Notes under the pieces: generated by a model | The model's input: only the letters and a program-made list of their open reading frames with translations | Databases searched by the model: none | What the model was told of the DNA's origin: nothing | Part shown: positions 1 to 10,240 of the stretch, piece after piece | Position numbering within the stretch: position 1 is the stretch's first letter | Layout of the letters: each line of letters starts with the position of its first letter | Assembly (NCBI RefSeq): GCF_000012545.1 | Contig: NC_007681.1 | Location: 510,001 to 542,000, forward strand | Direction of reading: 5' to 3' | Source: Methanosphaera stadtmanae DSM 3091 | GTDB taxonomy: Archaea; Methanobacteriota; Methanobacteria; Methanobacteriales; Methanobacteriaceae | Length of the DNA: 32,000 nucleotides | Program-made: the position numbers and the translations under genes

Positions 1-226
<226 letters not shown>

Positions 227-469
227 TTATACTATTTATCTGTTATTTAATATGTTTTTTCATATTATTTATAGTTTTTATTTCATTTGAATATTTTTTT
301 TCTACTTTTAATAAAAATATGTTTATTTTTACTTTTTATTTTTGAATTTTTTTCCATTTATGTGATTTTTTTTCTAATTTATTTTAATTAATTATTTTTT
401 ATGAATATATTCTATTTTTAAATAACTTTAAATATAATTAATGTCAAAAATTATATTGTATATAATAAT

Positions 470-541
470 AGTCCTTTAGGGTAGTGGCAATCCTACGAGA
501 CTCTGGATCTTGTGACAGCGGTTCGACTCCGCTAAGGACTA
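470..541 (+). tRNA. tRNA-Gln (anticodon CUG)
   Basis: Folded by hand. The 7-bp acceptor stem AGTCCTT/AAGGACT is perfect. The anticodon stem is CGAGA/TCTTG with loop CTCTGGA, giving anticodon CTG. The T arm is AGCGG-TTCGACT-CCGCT. Discriminator is A and no CCA is encoded. ORF 484..666 overlaps it and is spurious. Confidence 0.9.
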
Positions 542-581
542 CTTTTTATTCTATTTTTAGGTTGATTATGGAGTTTTATGT

Positions 582-1640
582 ATGTCTGGATTTTATTCTG
601 AAAAAATTTTTACCAATGAATTATTTGATGTATTTAAACAGGATGCTGCAATTGTTGTTTATCTAAAAAAGGAAAATAACTTGATTATTTCATCATGGAT
701 TAATGGAGGTTATCAAGAAAATTTGAAATATATTGTTAATCAAACATTAGATGGTACAGATTATGATGAAATGGTTTCAATGGATTATTCCACATTTCAA
801 ACAAGATGTATGGAAAAAATTAATTTAAATCCAAATGAATCAGCAGGTATGGCAACATCTGCATGTATGGATAATTATGCAATAAGTGTATATGAATATA
901 AGGATTTAAAAGTAACTTCTATTGTAACAGCAGGTGCAGATAATAATGGAATTAAGGCGGGAGATCCTGCATCATTTTATGAACATAATAATGAATATAA
1001 TCTCGATGTTGGAACAATAAATATTATAACAATAATTGATGCAAATCTAGAACCAGGAACATTAATAACAGCATCAATAACAGCTACTGAAGCAAAAACT
1101 AGTGTACTTCAAGATTTAAAATTAGAAAGTCAGTTTTCAACACATATAGCAACAGGTACTGGTACTGATGGAATTTGTGTTATTTCCAATAAATCTAGTG
1201 AGAATCATATTGAAAATGCAGGTAAACACTCAAAGCTAGGTGAAATTATTGCAAAGTCAGTTCAAGAAGCAACAAGAAAAGCTCTCTATCTACAAACAGA
1301 AATGTGTATATCTTACCAGAAATCAGTACTTAACAGATTAAGTAGATTTAACATAGATTTTGATACATTCTACAATAAAACAGAAGGTATTACAAAGACA
1401 GATTATGCTATGAAATTCAATAATTTCAATAGTAATACAGAAAATATTGCATATATAAGTGGAATTATTGATTTAATTGATGAGACTCAAACAAATCTAC
1501 TAGAAATATGTGATGTAGTACATCCCATAAAAAATATTATTAAATTATTTTTAGATGTGGAATATGATGTAGAATTTAATTCCATTGATGATGTACTAAA
1601 CTATTTAATCGATGCAATAAACACACATCTTCTAAAATAA
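582..1640 (+). CDS. cbiZ: Adenosylcobinamide amidohydrolase (CbiZ)-like protein with a C-terminal extension
   Basis: The core VGTINIITIIDANLEPGTLITASITATEAKTSVLQDL...ATGTGTDGICVIS matches the conserved CbiZ-family block as I remember it. The last ~100 aa are unassigned. Confidence 0.6.
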   Translation: MSGFYSEKIFTNELFDVFKQDAAIVVYLKKENNLIISSWINGGYQENLKYIVNQTLDGTDYDEMVSMDYSTFQTRCMEKINLNPNESAGMATSACMDNYAISVYEYKDLKVTSIVTAGADNNGIKAGDPASFYEHNNEYNLDVGTINIITIIDANLEPGTLITASITATEAKTSVLQDLKLESQFSTHIATGTGTDGICVISNKSSENHIENAGKHSKLGEIIAKSVQEATRKALYLQTEMCISYQKSVLNRLSRFNIDFDTFYNKTEGITKTDYAMKFNNFNSNTENIAYISGIIDLIDETQTNLLEICDVVHPIKNIIKLFLDVEYDVEFNSIDDVLNYLIDAINTHLLK

Positions 1641-1670
1641 TCTTTTTTTTTAAAAAGAAAAGGTGGGTAA

Positions 1671-2063
1671 TTATATGAGTATTATTGGTAGGTCCACATT
1701 TTTAAGTGTTGCTTCTGTAAAACTACCAATTACTCTTGAATTTGAATAATTAATTCCCTGTTTTCCCATTATAATACTATCAGCTTCACTTTTACGTGCA
1801 ATAGTCACAATATCATACATGGGACTTCCAAATAAAACCATACTTTCAACATTAATATTGTTTTTAAGAATTAAATCAACAATCTTCTTAATAAACTCAT
1901 TGGATTTAGCCTCTTGTTCATTATATGACAGATCTACTGACTGATCCATGATATTTGTAACAATGATTGTGGAATTTAATTCTTTTGCAAGTTCAATAGC
2001 TTTATCAGCTGCTTTTTTTGAATTTTCTGAACCATCTATTGGTAATAATATTCTTTTAAACAT
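1671..2063 (-). CDS. Universal stress protein (UspA family)
   Basis: 130 aa. N-terminus is KRILLPIDGSENSKKA and the C-terminal region is MGKQG...GSFTE..L...D.PILI, the typical Usp ATP-binding fold pattern. An AGGTG RBS lies upstream. It sits 17 nt downstream of the ABC ATPase gene on the same strand. Confidence 0.8.
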   Translation of the reverse strand: MFKRILLPIDGSENSKKAADKAIELAKELNSTIIVTNIMDQSVDLSYNEQEAKSNEFIKKIVDLILKNNINVESMVLFGSPMYDIVTIARKSEADSIIMGKQGINYSNSRVIGSFTEATLKNVDLPIILI

Positions 2064-2080
2064 TTACACACCTCATTTAA

Positions 2081-3763
2081 TTATTGTCCTTCTATTTCTA
2101 AAAATTTAGCTGTAACAGTGGAAGGTTCTCCATCATTTACTAACTTACCCTTATTTATCAAAATGGTTCTTGTAGAAACTTCTTCAACAAATTCCATTGT
2201 ATGACTTACAAGAATTATAGTAGTATGTAATTTTTCATTGATTTTCTTAAGTGAATTAGCAACAATTCTTAAAGTAACAGGATCTAAATCACCAAAAGGT
2301 TCATCAAGTATTAAAATATCTGGATTGGATATAAGAACAGATGCTATTGCTACTCTAACTTGTTGTCCTCCAGATAATTCAATAAATTGACGTGTTAATA
2401 GTGGAAGAGGTAGATCTAATGCCTCAAAGATAGGTTTTACATATTCAATAACAGTTTCCTGATTAATAGAGGGGAATAATAAATCAAGAATTTCAGGTCC
2501 TAAATTTAATTTTTCTAATTTAACAATAGCCTCATTTCTTGAAAGATCTGTTAATTGGTAGAGTAAATCAAGTGCTTCATCACTTAAACCAATTTCACTG
2601 GCTTTTTGCCTTGCTTTTTCATATATTTCATCCATCTTTGGAGATAATTTTGATGCTAATTGTTCAATAACAGGAGTATGTGGTGTTAATGCAAATTCCT
2701 GGTGCATAAATCCCATATTTTTACGGATTTGCATACGATTTTCACCATAATCATCCATACTAGTCCAAGTATCATTTATAAGTATTTCAATATTTCCAGA
2801 ATCTTGTTGTTCAAGTCCTGCAATCATCTTAAGAATTTCTGTTTTTCCAGAACCTGTAGGACCAATTATAGATAATATTTCACCTTTATTAACATTAAAT
2901 GACACATCATCAATTGTTAAAACATGTCCTCCCTTAAATAGATAGAAATCTTTTCTTAAGTTATTAACCTTTATAATAGGTTTTGTTCTATCCATATCTT
3001 TAATTGGATAGATTGGTTCTTCATCTTTTAAGAATTTTTCAATAATAATCTCTGACTTATCAATATCTTGAACTTTTCCATTGAATATTAACATTACTCT
3101 ATCTGCAAGATATCTTTGAATTTCAGGTTGGTGTGATACAACAATAACAGTAGTGTTATATTTTTCATTGATTCTTTTTATAGTATCTAATGTTTCAAGT
3201 CTTTTTTTAGGACTACTCATAGTGGAAGGTTCATCTAAAAGAAGTATTTCTGGTTTTTTAGCTAATTGTCTTGCAAGTACCAGTCTTTGTTTTTCTCCAC
3301 CACTTAATACTGGTGCAAAATGATTAGCTTTTTCTTTTAAACCCACAGTATCAAGAATATCAAGAGCTTCATCCATGTACTCTTCTTTAACATCATCTAT
3401 ATTGCAGTTTGTTTCATCTCCAGTTTTTATTCCAACTAATTTATGAATAACATTTTCAACTGCAGTTTTAGACCATAAACCAAACGATCGTTGTAGGTGA
3501 ATTGCTGTTTTTTCTTTAAGTTCATTTTTATATTCTAAGTAATTATCTGGAGTAATTTCTATACCATCAACAGTAATACATCCCTCATCAAAGGGTTCAA
3601 CTCCCCTTAATATTCGCATAATTGTTGATTTTCCAGAGCCACTAAGTCCCATTATACCATATATTTCTCCATCAGATACTTCAAATGAAACATCATCTAA
3701 TGCTTTTATCCTGTTGTTATCTTGTAATTTATAAATTTTAGTTAAATGTTCTACTTTTATCAT
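2081..3763 (-). CDS. Two-domain (tandem NBD) ABC-type ATPase with no fused or adjacent permease; possibly methyl-coenzyme M reductase component A2 (AtwA)-like
   Basis: There are two full ABC cassettes. The first has GLSGSGKST / LSGGEKQR / LLLDEPS. The second has GPTGSGKTE / LSGGQQVR / LILDEPFGDLD. The second NBD has a visibly long helical insert between the Q-loop and the signature motif. The AtwA assignment is a recollection of family architecture and has not been checked. Confidence 0.75.
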   Translation of the reverse strand: MIKVEHLTKIYKLQDNNRIKALDDVSFEVSDGEIYGIMGLSGSGKSTIMRILRGVEPFDEGCITVDGIEITPDNYLEYKNELKEKTAIHLQRSFGLWSKTAVENVIHKLVGIKTGDETNCNIDDVKEEYMDEALDILDTVGLKEKANHFAPVLSGGEKQRLVLARQLAKKPEILLLDEPSTMSSPKKRLETLDTIKRINEKYNTTVIVVSHQPEIQRYLADRVMLIFNGKVQDIDKSEIIIEKFLKDEEPIYPIKDMDRTKPIIKVNNLRKDFYLFKGGHVLTIDDVSFNVNKGEILSIIGPTGSGKTEILKMIAGLEQQDSGNIEILINDTWTSMDDYGENRMQIRKNMGFMHQEFALTPHTPVIEQLASKLSPKMDEIYEKARQKASEIGLSDEALDLLYQLTDLSRNEAIVKLEKLNLGPEILDLLFPSINQETVIEYVKPIFEALDLPLPLLTRQFIELSGGQQVRVAIASVLISNPDILILDEPFGDLDPVTLRIVANSLKKINEKLHTTIILVSHTMEFVEEVSTRTILINKGKLVNDGEPSTVTAKFLEIEGQ

Positions 3764-4084
3764 CTAATACACCATTTGTTTATTATATATGTTTTTTATT
3801 CTATAAATTATTAGGATTAAATAATATACTCTATATCATGATATATTTTTTCACACATATTGATGTGTTAATAACTCATGAGTATTTTAGGTTGTTTATA
3901 GGGATACTTTATTTATTTTCATACCTTTCATTTGCTTATAATTCTTTTATAATGAAAAAAAATCTTTATTTTTTATTTTAGATAAAGTTTATATTAGGTA
4001 TTTTACAAAATATATATCATTCAAATAAATAATATTTGTTTTATAATTTGTTTGAATATTAAAAAAAATTAAGAAGTGAATATA

Positions 4085-7000
4085 ATGTCAACAAATAAGA
4101 CAATGGCATTTTTATTGGCTCTAATTGTTTTAATAATTGGACTATCAGCGGTAAGTGCGTCAGATGTATCAAATACACATGAAGTGCAAGCTGATTCATC
4201 ACATGTGGATATACCTACAACAGTTAAGAGTATAGAAACAAGTGATAATAATATTAAAGCACAAGAACCATCAACAAATGTTAAACAAAAAACAAATGAA
4301 AATAGCAAATCACTTAATGTCCAAAAAACTAACAAAAACATACAAACAGCTACAAAAGACATAGTGTCTGAAAATACAAAATCTATAGAAAAAACAAGTA
4401 TTAAACAAAAATCACAAAAAACAGCAGATAAATCAACATATGTTGTTACAAAAGATACATTTAATCAATACTTTAATAATGGAACATTAAGAGATAACAT
4501 ACAAAATGGGGATACATTAGATTTCCAAGGAGATTTCAAAACAAGCAGTACTGAAAATTATACAATGATTTTCAATAAACCAGTAAATTTAATTTCAACT
4601 ACACAAAACACAAACATCTCACTAAATTCAACAAGTACTGATTTCTTTGGAAAAGATTATGGAGATGCAGTAGTATTTGAAAAAACAGCAAGTGGAAGTA
4701 ACATCACTGGACTTTACTTCTATAATACCCAAATTATAGTAAAAAATGCATCAAACATTATTTTCAATAATATAACAAAAATTACTGAAAATAAAAAGAT
4801 TGGTGGAGGAATAGGAGGATTTTCTATACGTGAGAATTCTTCATATGTAACAGTAAAAAATAGTTACTTCTACACAAGAGATAATGGTGGAGTAAGTACA
4901 CTTGTAGGTGCATATGCATCACACTGTATATTTGATAATAACACATTGGATGTTGAAGGTAATGTTGGTAATATAATCTACTTTACAACATACAATGTAG
5001 ATATTACAGATTATAGTCATACAAATGAATATAATCAAATAACAAACAATAAAATCTATGGACCATCAGTATCAACATCAATATGTTATGGTATAACAAT
5101 TAGTGGTTGTCATAACCTTGTAGAAAATAACACCATAGAATACAATAATGGTATGGGAATAACAATACAATGGGGTAGTGGAACACCTGAAGAAAGTGGT
5201 AGTGGTTCTTCATCCTCTGGAGTACCAACATACAATAACACATACAGAAATAATGTTCTATTAAATAACAGTCATTTTTCACCATCATCCAACAGTACAA
5301 TAATTAACAACACAGTTACAGGAAGAACAAATCTAATAACAAATACAATTTTATTAAACAATACATTAAATACAGTACAAACATCAGGTATTGTAACAAT
5401 AGGAAACTCTTCAATAGGAAACATAACAATATTATCAACACCAAAGAAATCAAAAACATCCTACATAATTGAAAATAATACAATTGACAATATTATACTT
5501 AAAGCTGCTTCTGGATCAGGAGATACAACTGAAAATATAACAATAAACAACAATAACATAACAGGAAAAATATATGTAACACAAACAAGTGGAGATGTAA
5601 ACAACATAAATATTACATCAAATAATATTGGTGATTATGTAGCACTTGGAGAAAAAAGAAATCAAATAGTAACCAATGTATTAATCAACAATAACAAAAT
5701 AAATTCAACTAAAAGCTATGCAATAAGAATAACTGAAAAATCAGAAAACTTCACAATAACAAATAATCAATTATATGCAATAAATGCTACAGGTAACAGT
5801 GCAATACAAAATGATGGAATCATGAATAATATTTATGAATTCAACAACACTCCAATAAATCCAAAAACAACCATAACTATAGATCCTATTAAAAATACAA
5901 CAGTAGAAAATACTGTAATAATAAGTGGAAAATTATTAGATGAAAATCAAAAACCAATTACCAATGCAACAGTTAAAATTGGAGTAAAAGACCCAGAAAG
6001 TAAAAATAAATATAATGTAATTACTGATGAAAATGGAGTATATACAAAAGAATTTGAAGTATACTATGAAGGTTTATATATGGTGGAAGTATCATACTCA
6101 GGGGATGCAACACATGCACCATCAAAAGATGAATCATCATTTAATGTACTAGAAGCTACAACAACCTCCATGAATATAACTGGTAATTATAATCTAAATA
6201 ACAATATAACAATCCATGTTAGTGTAGTAAATAATGCAAACATGCCAGTAGATGGTAAAGTATCTATCACTATTGATAATAATGAAAACATTGTAGATTT
6301 AGTAAATGGTTGTGCAAACTTAACAGTTACCCTGACTGAAGCTGGAATTCATACAATAACTGCTACATATCTTGGAAATGATGTGTATGGTCAATCATCT
6401 ACAACAGAAAACATCACAGTAAACAAAGTAAATACTACTACTATGCTTAATATAGCTGGCGTTGTTGGTTTAAATAAAAACATAACCATCACAGCTATGG
6501 TAAAAGATGATAAAAATAATCCAATTAACAATGGTATGGTATCTATTGAAATTGATGGTGATAAACAAGTACTTAATCTTGTAAATGGTAGTGTTGAACT
6601 TATAACAAGCATTAATACACCTGGTGATCATGTAATAACTGCTACATATCTTGGTGATGATAATTATAATCCATCAAGTGCTACAGAAACTATTACATTA
6701 AATAAAGTAAATACTACTACTATGCTTAATATAGCTGATGATATTGGTTTAAATAAAAATATAACCATTACAGCTATGGTAAAAGATGATAAAAATAATC
6801 CAATTAACAATGGTATGGTATCTATTGAAATTGATGGTGATAAACAAGTACTTAATCTTGTAAATGGTAGTGTTGAACTTATAACAAGCATTAATACACC
6901 TGGTGATCATGTAATAACTGCTACATATCTTGGTGATGATAATTATAATCCATCAAGTGCTACAGAAACTATTACATTAAATAAAGTAAATACAATGGTA

Positions 7001-8734
7001 GATGTATCAATAATCAAAGCTCTAACAACAAACACAACCATAACAGTAACAGTTAAAACAGAGGATAACACACAAATTACAAATGGAGCAATAAATGTAT
7101 TAGATGAAAATGGTAATAAAATAACATCAGGAAACATTACTAATGGTAAATACACTGTTAATTTAACACCAAAAGCAGGAACATATTATTACACATTTGA
7201 ATATCTTGGAAATGATATGTACAATGCATCAAAAACAGTAGAAAGAATAGATGTTGCAAAAGATAAAATACGTGTTGATATTTACACCCTTAAAGCTTTA
7301 ACTACTAACACAACTGTTAAACTAGTTATTACAGACTCTGTTAAAAGTCCTGTTAACTCTGGTTTCATAAGTGTTGTTGATAGTAAGGGTAATGTTGTAA
7401 GTAGTGGTCGTGTTGTAAATGGTATTTACATGATTAATATGACACCATCTGCTGGTGCTCAGAAATTCACCATTAAATATTCTGGTGATGACACATATAA
7501 GGCTATTAATATTATAAAAACCATTGGTGTTGCTAAAGATAAAATACGTGTTGATATTTACACCCTTAAAGCTTTAACTACTAACACAACTGTTAAACTA
7601 GTTATTACAGACTCTGTTAAAAGTCCTGTTAACTCTGGTTTCATAAGTGTTGTTGATAGTAAGGGTAATGTTGTAAGTAGTGGTCGTGTTGTAAATGGTA
7701 TTTACATGATTAATATGACACCATCTGCTGGTGCTCAGAAATTCACCATTAAATATTCTGGTGATGACACATATAAGGCTATTAATATTATAAAAACCAT
7801 TGGTGTTGCTAAAGATAAAATACGTGTTGATATTTACACCCTTAAAGCTTTAACTACTAACACAACTGTTAAACTAGTTATTACAGACTCTGTTAAAAGT
7901 CCTGTTAACTCTGGTTTCATAAGTGTTGTTGATAGTAAGGGTAATGTTGTAAGTAGTGGTCGTGTTGTAAATGGTATTTACATGATTAACATGACACCAT
8001 CTGCTGGTGCTCAGAAATTCACCATTAAATACTCTGGTGATGACACATATAAGGCTATTAATATTATAAAAACCATTGGTGTTGCTAAAGATAAAATACG
8101 TGTTGATATTTACACCCTTAAAGCTTTAACTACTAACACAACTGTTAAACTAGTTATTACAGACTCTGTTAAAAATCCTGTTAACTCTGGTTTCATAAGT
8201 GTTGTTGATAGTAAGGGTAATGTTGTAAGTAGTGGTCGTGTTGTAAATGGTATTTACATGATTAATATGACACCATCTGCTGGTGCTCAGAAATTCACCA
8301 TTAAATATTCTGGTGATGACACATATAAGGCTATTAATATTATAAAAACCATTGGTGTTGCTAAAGATAAAATACGTGTTGATATTTACACCCTTAAAGC
8401 TTTAACTACTAACACAACTGTTAAACTAGTTATTACAGACTCTGTTAAAAGTCCTGTTAACTCTGGTTTCATAAGTGTTGTTGATAGTAAGGGTAATGTT
8501 GTAAGTAGTGGTCGTGTTGTAAATGGTATTTACATGATTAATATGACACCACCTGCCGGTGCTCAGAAATTCACCATCAAATACTCTGGTGATGACACCT
8601 ACAAGGCTGTTAATATTATAAAAACCATTTATGTTGTAAAAGATAAATCCACAGTAAAAAACTTAGCAACTACCTCACAATTAAATAATCTAAATTCAAA
8701 CATCACTATTGAAGTTTCAGTTAAAGATATTTAA
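4085..8734 (+). CDS. Giant Asn/Thr-rich adhesin-like surface protein: N-terminal signal/anchor, beta-helix-like repeat region, ~10 Ig-like modules
   Basis: The ORF track starts at GTG 4076, but ATG 4085 (MSTNKTMAFLLALIVLIIGLSAVSA) is more likely. The hydrophobic N-terminus is followed by short N-rich repeats (NNT/NNI...) typical of parallel beta-helix adhesins. From ~aa 600 there are ~92-aa modules ending in Y.G(D/N)..Y..S. The ORF stops ~28 codons into what looks like a further module. Confidence 0.85.
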   Translation: MSTNKTMAFLLALIVLIIGLSAVSASDVSNTHEVQADSSHVDIPTTVKSIETSDNNIKAQEPSTNVKQKTNENSKSLNVQKTNKNIQTATKDIVSENTKSIEKTSIKQKSQKTADKSTYVVTKDTFNQYFNNGTLRDNIQNGDTLDFQGDFKTSSTENYTMIFNKPVNLISTTQNTNISLNSTSTDFFGKDYGDAVVFEKTASGSNITGLYFYNTQIIVKNASNIIFNNITKITENKKIGGGIGGFSIRENSSYVTVKNSYFYTRDNGGVSTLVGAYASHCIFDNNTLDVEGNVGNIIYFTTYNVDITDYSHTNEYNQITNNKIYGPSVSTSICYGITISGCHNLVENNTIEYNNGMGITIQWGSGTPEESGSGSSSSGVPTYNNTYRNNVLLNNSHFSPSSNSTIINNTVTGRTNLITNTILLNNTLNTVQTSGIVTIGNSSIGNITILSTPKKSKTSYIIENNTIDNIILKAASGSGDTTENITINNNNITGKIYVTQTSGDVNNINITSNNIGDYVALGEKRNQIVTNVLINNNKINSTKSYAIRITEKSENFTITNNQLYAINATGNSAIQNDGIMNNIYEFNNTPINPKTTITIDPIKNTTVENTVIISGKLLDENQKPITNATVKIGVKDPESKNKYNVITDENGVYTKEFEVYYEGLYMVEVSYSGDATHAPSKDESSFNVLEATTTSMNITGNYNLNNNITIHVSVVNNANMPVDGKVSITIDNNENIVDLVNGCANLTVTLTEAGIHTITATYLGNDVYGQSSTTENITVNKVNTTTMLNIAGVVGLNKNITITAMVKDDKNNPINNGMVSIEIDGDKQVLNLVNGSVELITSINTPGDHVITATYLGDDNYNPSSATETITLNKVNTTTMLNIADDIGLNKNITITAMVKDDKNNPINNGMVSIEIDGDKQVLNLVNGSVELITSINTPGDHVITATYLGDDNYNPSSATETITLNKVNTMVDVSIIKALTTNTTITVTVKTEDNTQITNGAINVLDENGNKITSGNITNGKYTVNLTPKAGTYYYTFEYLGNDMYNASKTVERIDVAKDKIRVDIYTLKALTTNTTVKLVITDSVKSPVNSGFISVVDSKGNVVSSGRVVNGIYMINMTPSAGAQKFTIKYSGDDTYKAINIIKTIGVAKDKIRVDIYTLKALTTNTTVKLVITDSVKSPVNSGFISVVDSKGNVVSSGRVVNGIYMINMTPSAGAQKFTIKYSGDDTYKAINIIKTIGVAKDKIRVDIYTLKALTTNTTVKLVITDSVKSPVNSGFISVVDSKGNVVSSGRVVNGIYMINMTPSAGAQKFTIKYSGDDTYKAINIIKTIGVAKDKIRVDIYTLKALTTNTTVKLVITDSVKNPVNSGFISVVDSKGNVVSSGRVVNGIYMINMTPSAGAQKFTIKYSGDDTYKAINIIKTIGVAKDKIRVDIYTLKALTTNTTVKLVITDSVKSPVNSGFISVVDSKGNVVSSGRVVNGIYMINMTPPAGAQKFTIKYSGDDTYKAVNIIKTIYVVKDKSTVKNLATTSQLNNLNSNITIEVSVKDI
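6422..6979. repeat. 2 x 279-bp (93-codon) tandem repeat inside the adhesin gene
   Basis: The units start at 6422 and 6701. They differ mainly in a short patch near the start (AGVVGLNKN vs ADDIGLNKN) and are otherwise essentially identical by eye. Confidence 0.9.
7253..8632. repeat. 5 x 276-bp (92-codon) near-identical tandem repeat inside the adhesin gene
   Basis: The units start at 7253, 7529, 7805, 8081 and 8357. Each encodes VAKDKIRVDIYTLKALTTNTTVKLVITDSVKSPVNSGFISVVDSKGNVVSSGRVVNGIYMINMTPSAGAQKFTIKYSGDDTYKAINIIKTIG. Confidence 0.95.
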
Positions 8735-8823
8735 ATACCTAAATAGGTTCAATGAGTTATTGGTGGGTATAATAGTCTTAGAAATGATTAATATAATTCA
8801 TCAATTAAAACAACAGTAGTTTA

Positions 8824-8855
8824 GTGGAAATATCTTTCCACAATTATTTTTTTTT
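8824..8855 (+). terminator. Hairpin plus T9 run downstream of the adhesin gene
   Basis: GTGGAAA-TATC-TTTCCAC (8824..8841) is followed by TTTTTTTTT at 8847..8855. Archaeal termination depends on oligo-T tracts. Confidence 0.4.
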
Positions 8856-9051
8856 AAATCCAAGTAATTTTTTTTATTATTTAATAGAACACTTCTTTTA
8901 TAATAGTTTGCACTACTTTTTCATATAATTATAGAAATTAACTTTAATAAAAAAAGATATAACATTATACAGTAAAAATTATTTTTTTTAAATTACTATG
9001 TAATTTATGAAAAACATATTTTAAGTTAAAATGAATTAATTGGAGATATAT

Positions 9052-10236
9052 ATGGTAAAGATTTCAGTAATAATGCCTGTATATAATGGTGAAAAATATC
9101 TTGAAAAAACTTGTTTAAATCTATCAAAACAAACATTAACAGATATAGAATTGATTTGTGTCAATGATGGTTCTACAGATAACTCCTTAAATATTCTAGA
9201 AAAATTAGCAGATAAATATGATTTTATTAAAATAATCAACCAAGAAAATCAGGGATCTGGTGTAGCTAGAAATAATGGAATTGAAAATGCAATAGGTGAA
9301 TATATTGCTTTTTTAGATGCTGATGATATATATGTTGATGTGGATGCATTGGAAAAAATGTATGAGTATGGTAGTAAACATGATGCAGATATGGTTGGAG
9401 CAAATCAAAAAAGAGTTTCAATTGATGGAAACTTAGAGGATAACTTTAATTATAAACAAAAGAATTACACTTACTTCTCAGATTATGGTGTTATATCTCC
9501 ACAAGAGTATGGTATTCCATGGGCATTTTATAAGAATATATTTAAAAGAAGTTTTCTAAATAAACATAACATCACTTTTCCCAATCTAAAACGAGGACAA
9601 GATCCTGTATTTCTAGCAGAAGTATTAACAAAAGTCAATCAAATATATGTTGTTTGCACTGATTTATATGGATATAATTATGCTCTTGGTGGTGGAGCTA
9701 ACAGTAAAGTAAATGATTATAATAAGAAATTAGATTATATGAATCATTATAAAATGACTTTTAAAATACTTGATGATGCACATTTCACAGAAATTTCTAA
9801 TTCATATAAAAAACAGTTAATCACCTATTTAAAACTAAAAAACAATAGAAATGATAAGGAATTATTTGAAATTGTTCATAAAATCTTTGAAGATGATAAT
9901 AAAACATACTTTGAAAATGTGGATGAAGAAATAATATATCTCGAGTTATGTTTAGTAAATCCTGAAAATAAGGATGTATACACATTTTTAATAGAATCAG
10001 TTAAATCACAGTTATATTCTATGAATATAAATAACATACAAATAAATCCAGTAATTTTTAAAAAGTATTTAGAGGTATTATCAGTTACTAATTATAGTCC
10101 ATCAACAAATCCAGTGATGTGTCAATTACGTGATGAAATAGAAAATTCTAATAGTTGGAAATGCACACTACCTATTAGATTAACAAAAAATATGACTATA
10201 AAAGTTCTTAAAAAAATTAAAAATAAAGTTTTGTGA
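9052..10236 (+). CDS. Family 2 glycosyltransferase
   Basis: N-terminus is VKISVIMPVYNGEKYLEKT...LICVNDGSTDNS...AFLDADD (GT2 DxD). The ATG at 9052 is preceded by GGAG at 9042, whereas the track start at 9040 is a TTG. Confidence 0.85.
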   Translation: MVKISVIMPVYNGEKYLEKTCLNLSKQTLTDIELICVNDGSTDNSLNILEKLADKYDFIKIINQENQGSGVARNNGIENAIGEYIAFLDADDIYVDVDALEKMYEYGSKHDADMVGANQKRVSIDGNLEDNFNYKQKNYTYFSDYGVISPQEYGIPWAFYKNIFKRSFLNKHNITFPNLKRGQDPVFLAEVLTKVNQIYVVCTDLYGYNYALGGGANSKVNDYNKKLDYMNHYKMTFKILDDAHFTEISNSYKKQLITYLKLKNNRNDKELFEIVHKIFEDDNKTYFENVDEEIIYLELCLVNPENKDVYTFLIESVKSQLYSMNINNIQINPVIFKKYLEVLSVTNYSPSTNPVMCQLRDEIENSNSWKCTLPIRLTKNMTIKVLKKIKNKVL

Positions 10237-10240
10237 TTAT

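Noticed and set aside
484-666. 60-aa ORF on the + strand
   Set aside because: It starts inside tRNA-Gln (470..541) and overlaps the cbiZ-like start in another frame. It has no RBS and a low-complexity product, so it is spurious.
3874-3883. 10-bp palindrome ACTCATGAGT, plus the nearby ACACAT-ATTG-ATGTGT hairpin, in the ABC-ATPase/adhesin divergent region
   Set aside because: Palindromes of this length are expected by chance many times in 32 kb at this base composition. Nothing supports it, such as recurrence or a positional argument.
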